A DNA stretch of 64,000 nucleotides from the human T2T-CHM13v2.0 reference genome, Homo sapiens. The stretch is taken from the NCBI RefSeq assembly GCF_009914755.1, contig NC_060938.1. One strand, written 5' to 3'. Positions within the stretch are counted from its first letter, which is position 1; every line of letters starts with the position of its first letter. The position numbers and the translations under genes were made by a program. The notes below the pieces were generated by a model that searched no databases, was not told the origin of the DNA, and saw only the letters and a program-made list of their open reading frames with translations. Positions 38,451 through 52,265 of the stretch are shown here, piece by piece.

Positions 38451-38784
38451 TATTCAAAGTGTTTAAGTAGTCTTTATTTCAAACATGATATATGCTTATT
38501 AAAAATTGAAATACTACAGAAATATGTTATATAGAACACAAAAGTTTCCTATATTAGTTTCTAGATATAGCCACTGTTAACAACTACTTCATGTATATTC
38601 CTCCATATTTTTCCATGCATATGCTAATATTTATTATTTATAAAAGTATTTGTTTTTGCAAAAATGGTGGTATTTTATATGTACTGCATGGGAACTTACT
38701 TTTATCACTTAACAATAATCTTGTATAGCTTTCCATATCTGTATATTTAGATTAACACCCATTTTTTCTGATGACTTTATAGTA

Positions 38785-41158
38785 TAAGCTATCTTGGAGA
38801 TATTGTGCGTTTGGTTCCAGACCACTGCAATAAAATGAACACTGCAATAAAGCAAGTTACACAATTTTTTTTGGTTTCCTAGTACATATAAAAGTTATGT
38901 TTACACTATAATGCAGTGTATTAAGTGTGCAATAGCATTATGTCTGAAAAACAATGTACATACCTTAACTTAAAAATACTTTATTGCTAAAAAATACTAA
39001 TAGCCATCAGAGACTTCAGTGAGTTGTATCTTTTTGCTCGGGGGAGGGTCTTACCTCCATGGGCTGCTGACTAATCAAGGTGATGGCTCCTGAAGGTTAG
39101 AGTTGGTGTGGCAATTTCTTAAAATATGACAACAATGAAGCTTGCCACATTGATTCACTCTTCCTTCCACAAAAGGAAGCTTGAGATGCTGTTTGATAGC
39201 ATTTTACCCACAGTAGAATGTCTTTCAAAATTGCAGTCAGTCCTCTCAAACCCTGCTGCTGATTTATCAATTAAGTTAATGGACTATTCTAACTCCTTTT
39301 TCAATGATATTCACAGCACCTTTACCAGGATCAGATTCCATCTCAAGAAACTACTTTCTTTGCTCATCCATAAGAAGTAACTTCTCATTCACTGAAGTTT
39401 TATCATGAGGTTGCAGCAATTCAGTCACATCTTCGGGCTCCCCTTCTAATTCTAGTTCTCTTACTGTTTCTACCACATCTGCAGCTCCTTCCTCCACTGA
39501 AGTCTTGAGCTCTTTAAAGTCATCCATGAGGGTTGGAATCAACTTCTTCCAAACTCCTGTTAATGTTGATATTTTGACCTTCTTCCATGAATCATGAACA
39601 TTCTTAATGGCATCTAAAATGGTAAATACTTTCCAGAAGGTTTTAAGTTTACTTTCCCAGATCCATCAGAGGAATCACTATATATAGCAGCTATAGCCTT
39701 AGGAAATGTATTTCTTAAATAATAAGACTTCAAAGTCAAAATTTCTCCTTGATCTATGGGCTGTAGAATGGCTATTGTGTTGGCAAGCATGAAAACAACA
39801 TTCATTTCCTTGTACATCTTCATCAGAGCTCTTGGGTGACTAGGTTCCTTGTCAATGAGCAGTAATATTTTGAAACAAATCTTTTTTCTGAGCAGTAGGT
39901 CTCAACAGTAGGCTTAAAATATTCAGTAAACCATGTTGTAAACAGATGTGCTGTCACCTAGGCTTTGTTGTTCCACTTACAGAGTACAGGCAGAGTAAAT
40001 TTAGTATAGCTCTTAAGAGCTCTAGGATTTGGAGAATGCTAAAGGAGCATTGGCTTCAACATAAAGTCACCAGCTGCACTGGCCCCTAACAAGAGAATCA
40101 GCCTGCCCTTTGAAGCTTTGAAGTCAGGCATTGACTTCTCCTCACTAGCTAGGAAAGTCCTAGATGACATCTTCTTTCAATAGAAGGTTCTTTTGTCTAC
40201 ACTTAAAATCTATTGTTTAGTGTAGCCACCATCATCAATGATCTTAGCTAAATCTTTTGGATAACTTGCTGCAGCTTCCACATCAGCATTTGCTGCTTCA
40301 CCTTGCACTTTTATGTTATAGAAACATTTTCTTTCTTTAAACCTCATAAACTAATCTCTGCCAGCTTCCACCTTTTCTTTTGCAGCTTCCTCACCTCTCT
40401 CAGACTTCACAGAATTGAAGAGAGTTAGGATCTTTCTCTGGATTAGGTTTTGGCATAGGGGAATGTTGTAGCTGGTTTGACCTTATATTCAGATCACTAT
40501 AACTTTCTCCATATGGACAATAAAGTTGTTTTGCATCCTTATCATTCATATGTTCACTGGGGTAGCATTTTCAATTTCTTTCAAGAACAATTCTTTGCAT
40601 TCACAACGTGGCTGTTTGGCACAAAACATCTAGCTTTCAGCCTATCTTGGCTTTTGACATGCCTTCCTCTCTACACCATTTCTATCTTTTGATTTAAAGG
40701 GAGAGACACTTCCTTTCACCTGAACAATTAGAGGCCATTGTAGGGTTATTAATTGGCCTAATTACAATATACCTGTGCCCCAGGGAATAGGGAGGCCGGA
40801 GGAAAGGGAGAGAAACAGAAATGGCCTGTTGGTGGAGCAGTCAGAACATACACACATTTATCAATTAATTTCGCTGTCTTATATGTATGCAGTTTGTGGA
40901 ACCCCAAAACAATTACAGTAGTAACATCAAATCTCACTGATCATAGACCACTATAACAGATATAACAAAAATGAAAAGGTTTGAAATATTGGTTGTTACC
41001 AAAATGTGACACAGAGATGCAAAATGAACATACGCTGTTGGAAAAAATGGCACCAATAGACTTGCCCGATGCAGGGTTGCCACAAACCTTCAATTTGTAA
41101 AAAACATAATATCTGCAGAGCTCAATAAAGTGAAGTGTAATAGAATGAGGTATGCCTG
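38785..41158 (-). mobile_element. Tigger1 (pogo/TcMar) DNA transposon, near full length (~2.37 kb), dead transposase
   Basis: Terminus CAGGCATACCTC at 41158 and a decayed opposite TIR at 38785, with TA on both flanks. Transposase fragments ...[31 protein letters not shown] and ...[16 protein letters not shown]. Confidence 0.92.
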
Positions 41159-42725
41159 TATTCAGTTGTATGCTTTATTCAACTGTCTATTGTATTGTAT
41201 TTTCCAGTAGAACATAAATTTGCTGTTTTTTAGGTCAAACGTCACATTTTGACAATTCCATATGTTTCAGTGTAATAGCAGTTGTATTTCAAGTAAATTC
41301 CAGTAACATGTGAAGTGTACAAACTTGATGATGAAATTATGGATTGTACATATCCCAGGTTTGAGCTGAAAATTGTGTTGCAGCAATAAGGACTATTTTA
41401 GAAAAGTGTGATCAGTTGAATTATGTGGAATTATGTGGAATTCACTGGAAGTAAGTTCCAGTTAATTTTATGTTAATATCTTAAGAAACTTGGAATATGA
41501 GTAGCTGCTTTATCATCAGAAATAGCAAGAATACCCAAAATTTATTCTCATAAATGTATTATTGTTCCACCAGGTTTTCCATATTAAACAAATTGATTCT
41601 GGTATATTTCATTTCAAGGCAATTTCTTTCTGCATCAATCACTCCTGTTGACTCTCAAATATTCTCATGGGGGTCAAAGTACTATCAGTGTCCTCTTTTT
41701 TATTTATTTTATGTCTTTCTAGTGACTTAACCTTAGGTCCCTATGCTTACTTAAATTTAGAGATAAAGGGAAAATACTAACAATGTTCATTCTTAAGTAG
41801 AAGATTCTTTTGGTCTTTTTAGCCATAGATAAGCATATTTAATCCTAGAAGGCTACACAGAGTTAGAAAAGAAAAAGGAAATATCAGAGACCTTAGTGGG
41901 TATTTCCTCTCTCTCTTTTCTCTTAAGAACATTTAATCTTTTGGTTTTCTAAGCAAATCTTTTGCAGCTGCTTAGTTCTCTGTTCGTGTCAAGGACCCTT
42001 TGTTTATACTAACTGCACCCAAAGAATTCTTCTCACACAAGTTGTACCACTTAAGCGCTTTTGCGAGTCTCAGACTTTATCACATCTATGCAGAAACAGA
42101 ACCATATTTTTCTTTCTCAACATTCCTTCTGGTCAAAGGCGAATGTAGAATATTTAATTCCTTAAATGTCAAGTCTTAACCCAATAGTGCCTGTGATTTG
42201 CATGTGTCGACGTATGAGAAAAGTTTCATAAGTCTGCAGCGAGATGCGCTTACCATTTCCATGCAGAGTAAATTTTAGATGACAGTGCTAAGAAGGGACT
42301 TGGGGAAATACTTTAGTTCATCTGTATTATTCAGGTAGTTGTCCATCTTAACCTTAAGATCAGCAAGAACCAAAAAAAATCTAAAAAACAATAAAACCAC
42401 TGGAGCAAGTTCTCCTGGAGAAGACTGACTCCAGATACTTATCCAAAAGTTCACAATTTCTCAGTTCCATGAAAAACAATTATTTGGGACACATTTGAAA
42501 AGCCCTTGAAAATTTCAAAAATCAGGTATAATTTTTAAAATCATAAACCCCCATAGTACACAGTAAATTGAGCTAATTCTGAACTCTTAACATTTTTTCT
42601 AAAGCTCAATGGCTGTGAAGGAAAGAAGTTCCTTTCATTCAGCTGTGTCTGTTCAACCCCAAAACCTAATATTACAAACACATGGATCATAAACTCATTG
42701 TCTCAGTTGGCAGTTGTTCAACCAA

Positions 42726-43025
42726 TTTTTTTTTTTTTTTTTTTTTTCGGAAACAGAGTCTCACTCTATTACCCAGGCTAGAGTGCAGTGGTGTGATCAC
42801 GGCTCACTGCAACCTCGAACTCCTGGACTCAAGCAATCACCCCTTTGGCCTTCCAAGTAGCTAGGACTACAAGTGTGCATCACCAGGCCCAGCTAATTTT
42901 TTATTTTAGTAGAGATGGGACTCACTATGTTGACTAGGCTGGTCTCAAACTCTGAGCTCAGGCAATCCTCCTGCCCCAGACTCCCAAAGTGTTGGGATTA
43001 CAGGTGTGAGCCACCGTGCCCAGCC
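42726..43025 (-). mobile_element. AluJ with TSD
   Basis: GTTCAACCA(A)TTTT flanks both ends. Confidence 0.9.
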
Positions 43026-43749
43026 GGTTCAACCATTTTAGAGATGAGATAGTCAAAGCCAGGAGGGGTCAAGTGACACATCCAAGTGGCTGAGGACGCA
43101 TATGTAGTAACTGAGGATGGGCTCAAATCCAGACCTTTGGATCCCTCCATATTCTTTCTACTGTACTATGATTGCTTTACCCAGAATATCCAGGTTAAAA
43201 AGTAAAACACAGCTAATCCTCTGACATTTGCTACCACCCAGCTACAGGCGACTGATGTATTATTTTTTGGCATTATGTAGATAAAATTTCATTTCTGTCC
43301 AATCTTTCCAATCTTACTTGACTAACATTACTTCTCTCCAACTCCTATGCATTTCTCAGTCCCTCCGGAAAATTTCATCATCTACAGGGTTCATAGACTC
43401 AGGTCTAGCCTTAGTCTAGCCAGACCTTCCTCACTTGTGTGCTGTGTGACCTTCATCAAATCACTTATCCTCTCTGAGCCTGCGTTTCCTCATTTTTTGA
43501 AATCAGAAAAATATGAGCTGTCTCCTCAAAATGACTGTAGGGAAAATCAAGTGAGGAAATGCCCGGGAAGCCTTTGAGGCTTTGCCCGACTGGATTAAGT
43601 GCTCAGCAGCAGTGTTCCAAAAAATACCCTGCAAGAACAAGTGTATGAAGACACAAATAGTAGAGGGACTGTGGGCTTTCCACCAAACAGTAGGTGACAC
43701 CAGTTGTTCCAGGCTCCAAAGTGTATTTGATGACAATATGGAAGGTACA

Positions 43750-43955
43750 ATGTGGCTTGCTAGAAGCATCTGATACCAGCCAGAGTCAGTTTTGTGCATT
43801 TCTTTCCGATTCAGTGTTCAGTGAAGTCAAGTTGGTAGCTTGAATCAACCATGGTGGGAATATTTACACCATGGGAAACCAGCAAACACTATAAAGCAGG
43901 CCTCCCCTTCCCTACCCAGAGAGCTGATTGTTAAACATTCCCCAGAACACCACTG
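43750..43955. mobile_element. MER63-like hAT element
   Basis: CCATGGTGGGAATATTTACACCATGG...GTTAAACATTCCCAGAACACCACTG terminus. Confidence 0.65.
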
Positions 43956-46900
43956 ATAGAGATCAGGTCTAAAGTCAAACAAATCAAGGTTTGCATCTAA
44001 GCTCTGACACTTATAGTACCCCCTAGAGAAGCTCCTCCAGTCTTCTGAGTCTCTAGTTCCTCAACTGTAAGATGGGGCTCATGGTACTTAGTTTAAAGGC
44101 CTGTTGGAAAGATTAAGTGGTGTAAGGTATTTGAAACACTTAGGCCAGGACCTAGCAAATATTAATGTCAAATAGTGGATGACAGTGGTTACTATTATTG
44201 TTGTTAGACAATCTGGAGTAGTTTAAGTCTTAGGTGCATCCTATATATTTCACTTCTTTTGCATGGTACTGATGAAGACCTGAATATGATTGCACAGTGA
44301 ACTTGACTGCCTGGGTTGGGAAAGAATTTGTTTTGTAGGGAAAAAAATTCTATTTGGGTTCTTTTATTGTTTCTGTTTGAGAAAATATTTAAACAAATTT
44401 GAACATCTAAACAAAGACTGTTTTAAAGCCAAAATTCAAGTGCTCTGGGAATCTCCTCTGAGCATTTTTCAACAATGTTGGGCCCAAAGCCAGAACATGC
44501 TACAAACTTTTTGAACCCACCCCACCCTGCCTCAACAGCAGTCTTCCCCCTAGGGAAAAGAATCTGATACAACGCCAACAAGAGAATCTTCCTCCTTTGA
44601 ATATCTTAAAACCTTCATCCTTTTTTTAAAAAATGTAGCTAAAACTACATTTCAAAATACCTTCAAAATATCCAAGGGCACAGAACACAGATAAATAAAT
44701 AATGCTCAAATATAAAAATTTGTGAATGAAGGACCTAGGCCTGAGGTCCCCCTCACTGTATGGCAGGAATAGCCCAGACAACCACAGGGCTGAATTCTTT
44801 GTCCACCCCCAAGTTGCCTCTTCAGTTCCCTTGTCATTGAGGGAGTAGCTGGTCATCTCCTGTTGATGCCCTTGGCCCCTTGCAGTAGCTCAAGGCAATC
44901 CAACTAGGCAGTTAGGGGAAGGGTCAGCCATTTATTTCTCAGTCATTGCCAGGCCATGCAAAATACGCAGCAGGAAAAAAAAAGACCAGACATGGTGGAG
45001 TCTGGAAGCCACACCCCATAGCTGATGAAGGAAAGTTGTGGGAGGGATGGCCCCTGGAAGGTCCTCCAGTGTTGGGGAAATTCTACCACTTCCTCTTTAT
45101 CCCTACCATCTGTCTCCTCCTTTTGCTGGAAGGACTGCCAAGAGCACGTAATGTGTTTGATGTACCCCAGAGCAGGGTAAAATACAAGATTCTCTGTGGG
45201 CAGCTGCCCCTTCATTCATACATACAATTTCCCTGGGTACCGTACCATGAGCTGCACCACCACTGCCCCATTACTATGGAAGCAGAAAGACAGACAGGAT
45301 GTTAGAATTGTGATTTGTTCCACTGATAGAACCCCAAGAGGTGAAATCCTTTTTCCGAGGTTGCATAGCCTGTGTCTGCAGCTCAGATGTTTTTTTACTT
45401 CCTCCCAAATGCAATTTTTCCCAGTCCACACAGTGACTGGAACTCTTCATTACCAAGATCTTAAACGTGGAGTCTCCATCTCCGAACTGACTTTACAATT
45501 CTACTTCTTTGGGCTAACTTGAACCAAATTCCCACACGGCAACACTGCTCCTCTTCTATTTTCCACCAACATCAACCTCATCTGGACTCACTTATCCCCA
45601 TGCACAGGCTGGACCCCAGGGTCTGGCTCCAGGTCTAATTTGCCTTGCCTGGGCTTATATGTCTATTCTAAACTCTGTGTAAATTTTCTCTTTATACATG
45701 ATGAACCTCAACTTCTTAAACATCTATTTTCTACAAGGATCCAGTAGATTTTAGGTCTAGCCACTCTACTGTTTCAGCAGAGAAAGCAGAGACTGAAGCT
45801 GCATTCTATCTTACTACTCTGTTGGGAAGTGTAATCTCAGGAGTGAGGGATGCAGGGAAGGAAGGAAAGTCAATGGTTGGGTTCTCTATAGAGTTTTCTG
45901 ACATTGATTTCAACTGATGCCTTAATCCTGTGCCATCAGACCTTTAAAAGAGCCATTATATAAACTGTGTCTAAGATGAGGACAGAGGGTGAAGAATTTG
46001 TCTATCAGTTGCCGTCTTCCATTGGCCAAGTATACCCCATGGGGCATTACTGCCTTCTGCACTTCCAGGCTGCATATTATCTGAGGACAGAGTAGGGGTT
46101 TGTCCTGCCTCTGGGTAAGTCAGGAAGCTGTGGGTCTGGGGTCAAGAGGGTACACGATGTAGAGAGGATGAGGCCCTGTCAGCGTGTGCTTGTGCAAAAC
46201 CTGTCTGAGTCCACGCCAGTGCTGGTGCCCACAGTGGGACTTGAATAAGACCTGGTGAGACCAGCTGAAGGTGTCTGATAACACCTACGACTGCCACCTC
46301 CCCTGCCCTCCATTTCCTTCTGAAGACAGGAATGACAAAAGTTGTTTACAGCTGTTATTGGCCTTTCTTTCATGTGTGATTCTATGGTCATAAGTCAGAG
46401 AGGGCTTATTTGGATGAGCTCAATACTAACCCTTTCCTCACCCCATGCAGGTAATCATATTCATACAAAACTTACATCTCAGTAGATCCTTGAAGGTCAG
46501 GGCTAATAGGACTGATCTTCTAACTGATCAGATAACCAACCATTTGAAGCACTGTAAAAGAGAGATGTTTCAGATTTCCTTCTTTTAAACCTAAATTTTA
46601 ATGATTGAATTAAATGAGCCTGCCATCAAGAATGGAAATATATTCTCTGTGCAAAGGATATGGTTTGACTGTGGTATACTAGGAGTAGTCTTTATAGATT
46701 ACTATAGATTATAGATTATTAGTCCTGCTAATAAATTTTTGCCGGAAGGAATGACTTAAGAATGAGTCTTAATGAAATTCATCATCTTTGGCACATGTTT
46801 TCAATATTCAATCTATAATTCTGCAAAAACATTGGGGGGAAGTTAATATTATCTTCTTTTAAAACTTTTCAATTTAAATAATCTCTTCTGTGTCATAGAA

Positions 46901-47564
46901 CTTTGGAATCCTAGAGTCTCGATTGCTCACATACCTATGCATTAGAGTAGACCCAGAAATGTTTCCTGAGGATTATTTTTGTTCTGCCATGCAGAGATAG
47001 GGTAGCCATTCATCCAGGCAACTATTCTGGTCAGGCTCCTTAATTTCAGTCAAAGAATCATAATCTTACCCTTGACTCTATTGATTGCTAAAGCATTTGG
47101 ATCTGGCTTTTATTAGCAACTCCAACTTTTTGCTAAATATTACAGCTTTCAACACTCTGTAGTCCAAGACTTAGCCAAAGCTCAGCTGCAAGAATGGAGC
47201 TTGCCAAATGGCATATAATCCTTCATTCTATTGGAGATTAGCAACTTTGTCCTTGGCTCAAGCAAGCTGTCTAGCAACCATGGCTATAAAGCTATGCCTC
47301 CTTCTCCCTCCCAAGCCATCTGTCAACCACAAAATTACATTTTGAGGTTATATTTTCAATGGAAGAATGTTAAAGAGACAGCCATATACATTCTGTATTA
47401 GAAGATAACCCTACTGAAGCACTGTTCCAGAATCTGAGTGGCATCCTAGTAAAAGAAACATAGTTCAGCAACTAAAAAGTAATTTCAAAATAATGCAGAC
47501 ATATAACTTGTGTTTCTTAAGCACAGCGAAGGAAATACACACTTCATAGCAATATTTCTGTTTC

Positions 47565-47867
<303 letters not shown>

Positions 47868-47889
47868 TAAAATCTTATCTGTTGGCAAC

Positions 47890-48080
47890 AATAAACATTG
47901 GAGACAACTAGAGAGGAAAGGGCGAGAGGGGCCAGGTTGAAAATCTTACTGGTGGGTATGATAATCCCTTGGTGAAGGGATCATTTGTACCCCCAAACCT
48001 CAGCATCATGCAGTATACCCAAGTAACAAACCTGCACTTATGCCCTCTAAATCTAAAATAAAAGTTGCAAAGGAAAAAAA
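47890..48080 (+). mobile_element. L1PB/L1MA 3' end
   Basis: CCCCAAACCTCAGCATCATGCAGTATACCCAAGTAACAAACCTGCAC...TCTAAAATAAAAGTTG. Confidence 0.8.
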
Positions 48081-48355
48081 TCTCATCTGTAATTCATTAT
48101 CTTGATTGTGGTGATAGTTTCATGAATCCCTACTATACAAACTTATCAAATAATATACTTTAAATATGTGTGATTTATTGTATATCAATTATACCTCAAT
48201 AACATTGTAAAAAGTAATAAATGAAACTACCAGAAAAAAATGTCACATGTGTTCAACCATCATACACCACACTTCCTTCAGAGTCTCTCAACTCCCAAAT
48301 CTCTGGGATAATTCCTGACTTGTCCTAACCCGCTCACCCATTTTCTTTCACCACC

Positions 48356-48893
48356 TGTATGAGCCAGGGCTCTCCAGAGAAACAGAACTAATAGAATTTC
48401 CATATTTTTAGGTAGATATAGATATAGATAATCTATTGGTTCTGTTTCTATAGAGACCAAAGAGAGAGAGAGCTAGAGAGAGAGAGAGAGAGATTTATTA
48501 TCAGAATTGACTCAAGCAATTATGGAGGCTGAGAAGTCCCACATCTATTTTTTATAAGCCAGAGAACCAGAAAAGCCAGTGGTGTAATTCAGTCCAAGTC
48601 TGAAGGCCTGAGAAACAGGAGTGCTGATGTCCAATGGGAGCAGAAGATGGATGTCCCAGTTTAGACAGATAGAGCAAATTCACCCTTCCTCTGCCTTTTT
48701 CTTCTCGTCAGTCCCTCAGTGGATTGGATGATGGCTACCTACATTGGTAAGGGGATCTTCTTCATCCAGTCTGCTGATTTCAATGCCAGTCTCTTCCAGA
48801 AACACCCCCACAGACACATGCAGAAACTACTCTTTATCAGTTATGTGGGCATCCCTTAGCTGGTCACGCTGACATGTAAAATTAACCATCACA
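48356..48893 (-). mobile_element. MLT2 (ERVL) solo LTR with 5-bp TSD
   Basis: TG...CA termini (TGTATGAG / AACCATCACA) flanked by CCACC at 48351-48355 and 48894-48898. Internal (GA)n. Confidence 0.88.
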
Positions 48894-51852
48894 CCACCCC
48901 ACCTCCTTTCCTACCAATTCTTCATCATAAAACCCAGAAGAACTAGTCTGCTAACCATAGGATCCTGCTTAGAAAACAAGGGAAGAGGAAAAACTAAACA
49001 GCCAAAGCCAGAATCTTCTTTGAGGAGGAGTGAAGGCAGGAGAAGGAGAGACTAAGAGCACTTATGTTTTGCAGCCCTCACAAAGAAATGTCCTACACTT
49101 GAAAAAATATCTTAGCATTGAATGTGCTGCTGGGACAATACCAGTCAAGCAGAGTGGGGATTGGCCTGTGCCTCTTGAGAGAGTAGGCATTCATATATAT
49201 TAACATGGAAACCAATTTCAAGTTAGCCATTTCTTGAGAATTCTTGTTTTGTTTTCTTTTCTTTCTCATGAAACAACCTCTGTTTAGTGAACATGCATCA
49301 GTGTATTATCCCTTAGCTTACAACTTCAAAAGGATAAAGTATTAAGTTTGACTGGCCCTTGTTCCAAAGTTTTAAGACCAACTGTGCTCTTGGCCTAACT
49401 ATTAGAATAAAGCAATGCTGTCTGGTCGTATCTGCAGTGATGGTTTAAGTCTAACACACAGTTAGAGTATGGCACCATAGGTTTACTATTCAACCTGGCT
49501 ATTCAGCCCCCTCATATATTCATCATGAGTTTAGGACCCACATCCTCCTGTCTTAGAGTGGTGCCTATGTCCAAGAAAAAACTCCAGCATCCAGCTAAGA
49601 TTTCAAAATAATGCAATCCCTGACAAGTATTTTCAAAAACACTGTGAGAGAGACATATAGCCAATATTATAATTGTTTCTGAAAGTCATTTTATTCTCCT
49701 TGTACTTTTTTCATGCCTCCTGACTCTTCCAAGCCAACTTCTTCTCCAAAAACTCTTTAAGGGGCCCCTCTCCCAGACTTAGTTCAATCCCTTTCACTTT
49801 CTTCCCAATTAGTCATCAACAAAATCCAGAAAAAAAAAAGCCCACAAAGGCATAATTTTCTTCAAATGGTGGAGGAGGAGAAGAAACTGAGTGAGCAAAG
49901 CCAAAATACTCTTGAGGAGTAGAGGGGTGGGAAAGGCTGGTTAATATATGAAATAACATTCATATATTAAATATTATAAATTTACTCCATCACAAATCCC
50001 TGTAGGATTTGTTAGACAAGAGAGCACGTCATCTGTTACATCATTGTGTCCTCTTTCTGTGAGCAGAGGAAAATATATAGGCTTCGGGATCACGAAGAGC
50101 TATGCTCCTGCTGAACAGCAGATTCATTTTTACGAATACTGGCAGTCCTCCATGGGTTGTGCTTCTGTGTCTGCACAGGTCATTAAGAAGTCTAAAGCCA
50201 AATTTACACCATAACTCCAGTAACATGCATATAGAATCTACAGTGTGCAAAACTATGTGCTAATATCACATCTGGATTTGATATTTCCTATGTTTATCTT
50301 TCTCATCTACCAATTCCCTCATCTATTTATATTCTATGTAATTTTATAAATGGTTTCAGATTTATTATGGAATGAGGTGGTACGGTGAATGAATGAATGA
50401 GTAGAAACACACATATCTTTCCTTCTATTTCCTCCTTTATCAGGTTATATCTGACTTGCCTCCTTAATTTTCCTACTTTAGCTCTACCACACTATATCCC
50501 TATTTCTGCTCAGGGTTCCCCTCTTCCTCCCAATGACCCGGGATTTAAAAAGCCAGAAGTCATCTTTGGTTTCTCCTTTGCCTTCTCTCTCAGGAAGTCA
50601 CTAAATCTGGCCAGTCCTTGCTTCATTTGCTGCTGCCAATTTGCTCCTTCCTGTCTATTCTCAATGCCAGATTCTTGTTGAGGCCCTCATCACCTCATGC
50701 CTAGACCATTGCAGTATTTTCCTAACGAACGTCCTTGGCTGTAGACTTTCCCCATTACAAATCATCATATAGATGCTGTATCATTATTCCTAAAGCACCA
50801 CCAATGCATATAAACTCCTTATTTTTGTCTTTCCTAAATTTAAGCCCAAAATGTAAGTATTTTTTTAAACATTAAGATTCTTTTACATCTAAACTATCTT
50901 TGAGGCTTTCCAGATGGTCCCAGGGTAACCAGTAAGATTTATCTCCTAAACTTATGAAAGGAGAGATACGAAAATAATAAGGTATGTTTCGTGAAATTCA
51001 TACTTCAGTTAGCTTTATCAACTCTGCGAATGACTGAAATAAGTATGTCAATGCCTGATTTGGGGATCCAGAAGCCAAGTCAGCATTTTTCTTTCTTAAG
51101 TGAAAACTAGGCCAACCCCTTACTTTGGCTATTTCTAACTATGCTAACCCCTTTTCACAACTTGTACATTAAAGACAATGTTAATTTTAAGGGTACTTAT
51201 TAAAAACTAGAAACTTATCATGAACCCATCACCTACCTTACTGCTCCTCTTGAGCCCTCATCTAAGGCTTATCGACCATGTTTATCTGATGCAGGAATCC
51301 TAGCAATGACAAGCGCATATAAGCCAGTTGATTGTCACCTATAAAATTTTTGTGTTGTCTGCTTCCTACACACTGATTAAATGCTGCTCTGATCTAAATC
51401 CAGAGACCCTAACTTCTCTTCCTAGTTTAGATGACTCTCACAATGTCCAACATCTGCTCTAATCATGCCCTGTTCTGTTTTGACTGACCACTTCAACCCT
51501 AATGATAACCCTAATATGATACTATTTGGTGGTCACTAATACCTTAAGAATAATCAATGTATACGCTGTGCTGTTTAAACAATATATTCTAAATATTCTA
51601 TTACCAATAGCTTTTTCTTTTCACGTATCTCTGACATGAGCATGCTACAATTAAGACAGTTCTAAGTTAATGTTTATGATTTTGACATATTAGTTAAAAA
51701 AAAAAACAAAGGATTTTTCTAACTTCTGTGGGCACCTCAATCAAAAATTTTTAAAGGAAATTGTTTACTTATTGGAAGTAATCTACCATCTAAAGAAAAT
51801 CTCAATACTTAAGACTAAAGCTTATTCTAAAAGAAAATACACCAGCCAACTA

Positions 51853-52265
51853 CAATTGAACCTTGAATGACATGGTTTGAACTGCATGGGTCCACTTATA
51901 CATAGTTTCTTCTGCATCTGCCACCCCTGAGACATCAAAACCAACCCTTCTTCTTCCTTTTCTTCATCTGCCTGCTCAACACGAAAATGATGAGGATAAA
52001 GACTTTTGTGATGATCTACTTCTGCTTAATAAATAGTAAATATGTTTTTTCTTTTGATTTTCTTAATATTTTCTTTAACTTATTGTTAAGAATGTGGTAT
52101 ATAATACATGTACCATACAAATTATGTTTATATTATCAGTGAGTCTTCTGGTCAACAATAGACTATTAGTAGTTAAGTTTTGGGGGAGCCCAAGGTTATA
52201 TGCAGACTTTCAACTGCACAGAGAGTCAGCCCCCCGCAACCCTACTGTTGTTCAAGGGTCAACTG
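51853..52265 (+). mobile_element. Tigger2a non-autonomous DNA transposon
   Basis: TIRs CAATTGAACCTTGAA / TTCAAGGGTCAACTG with TA duplications. Confidence 0.88.
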
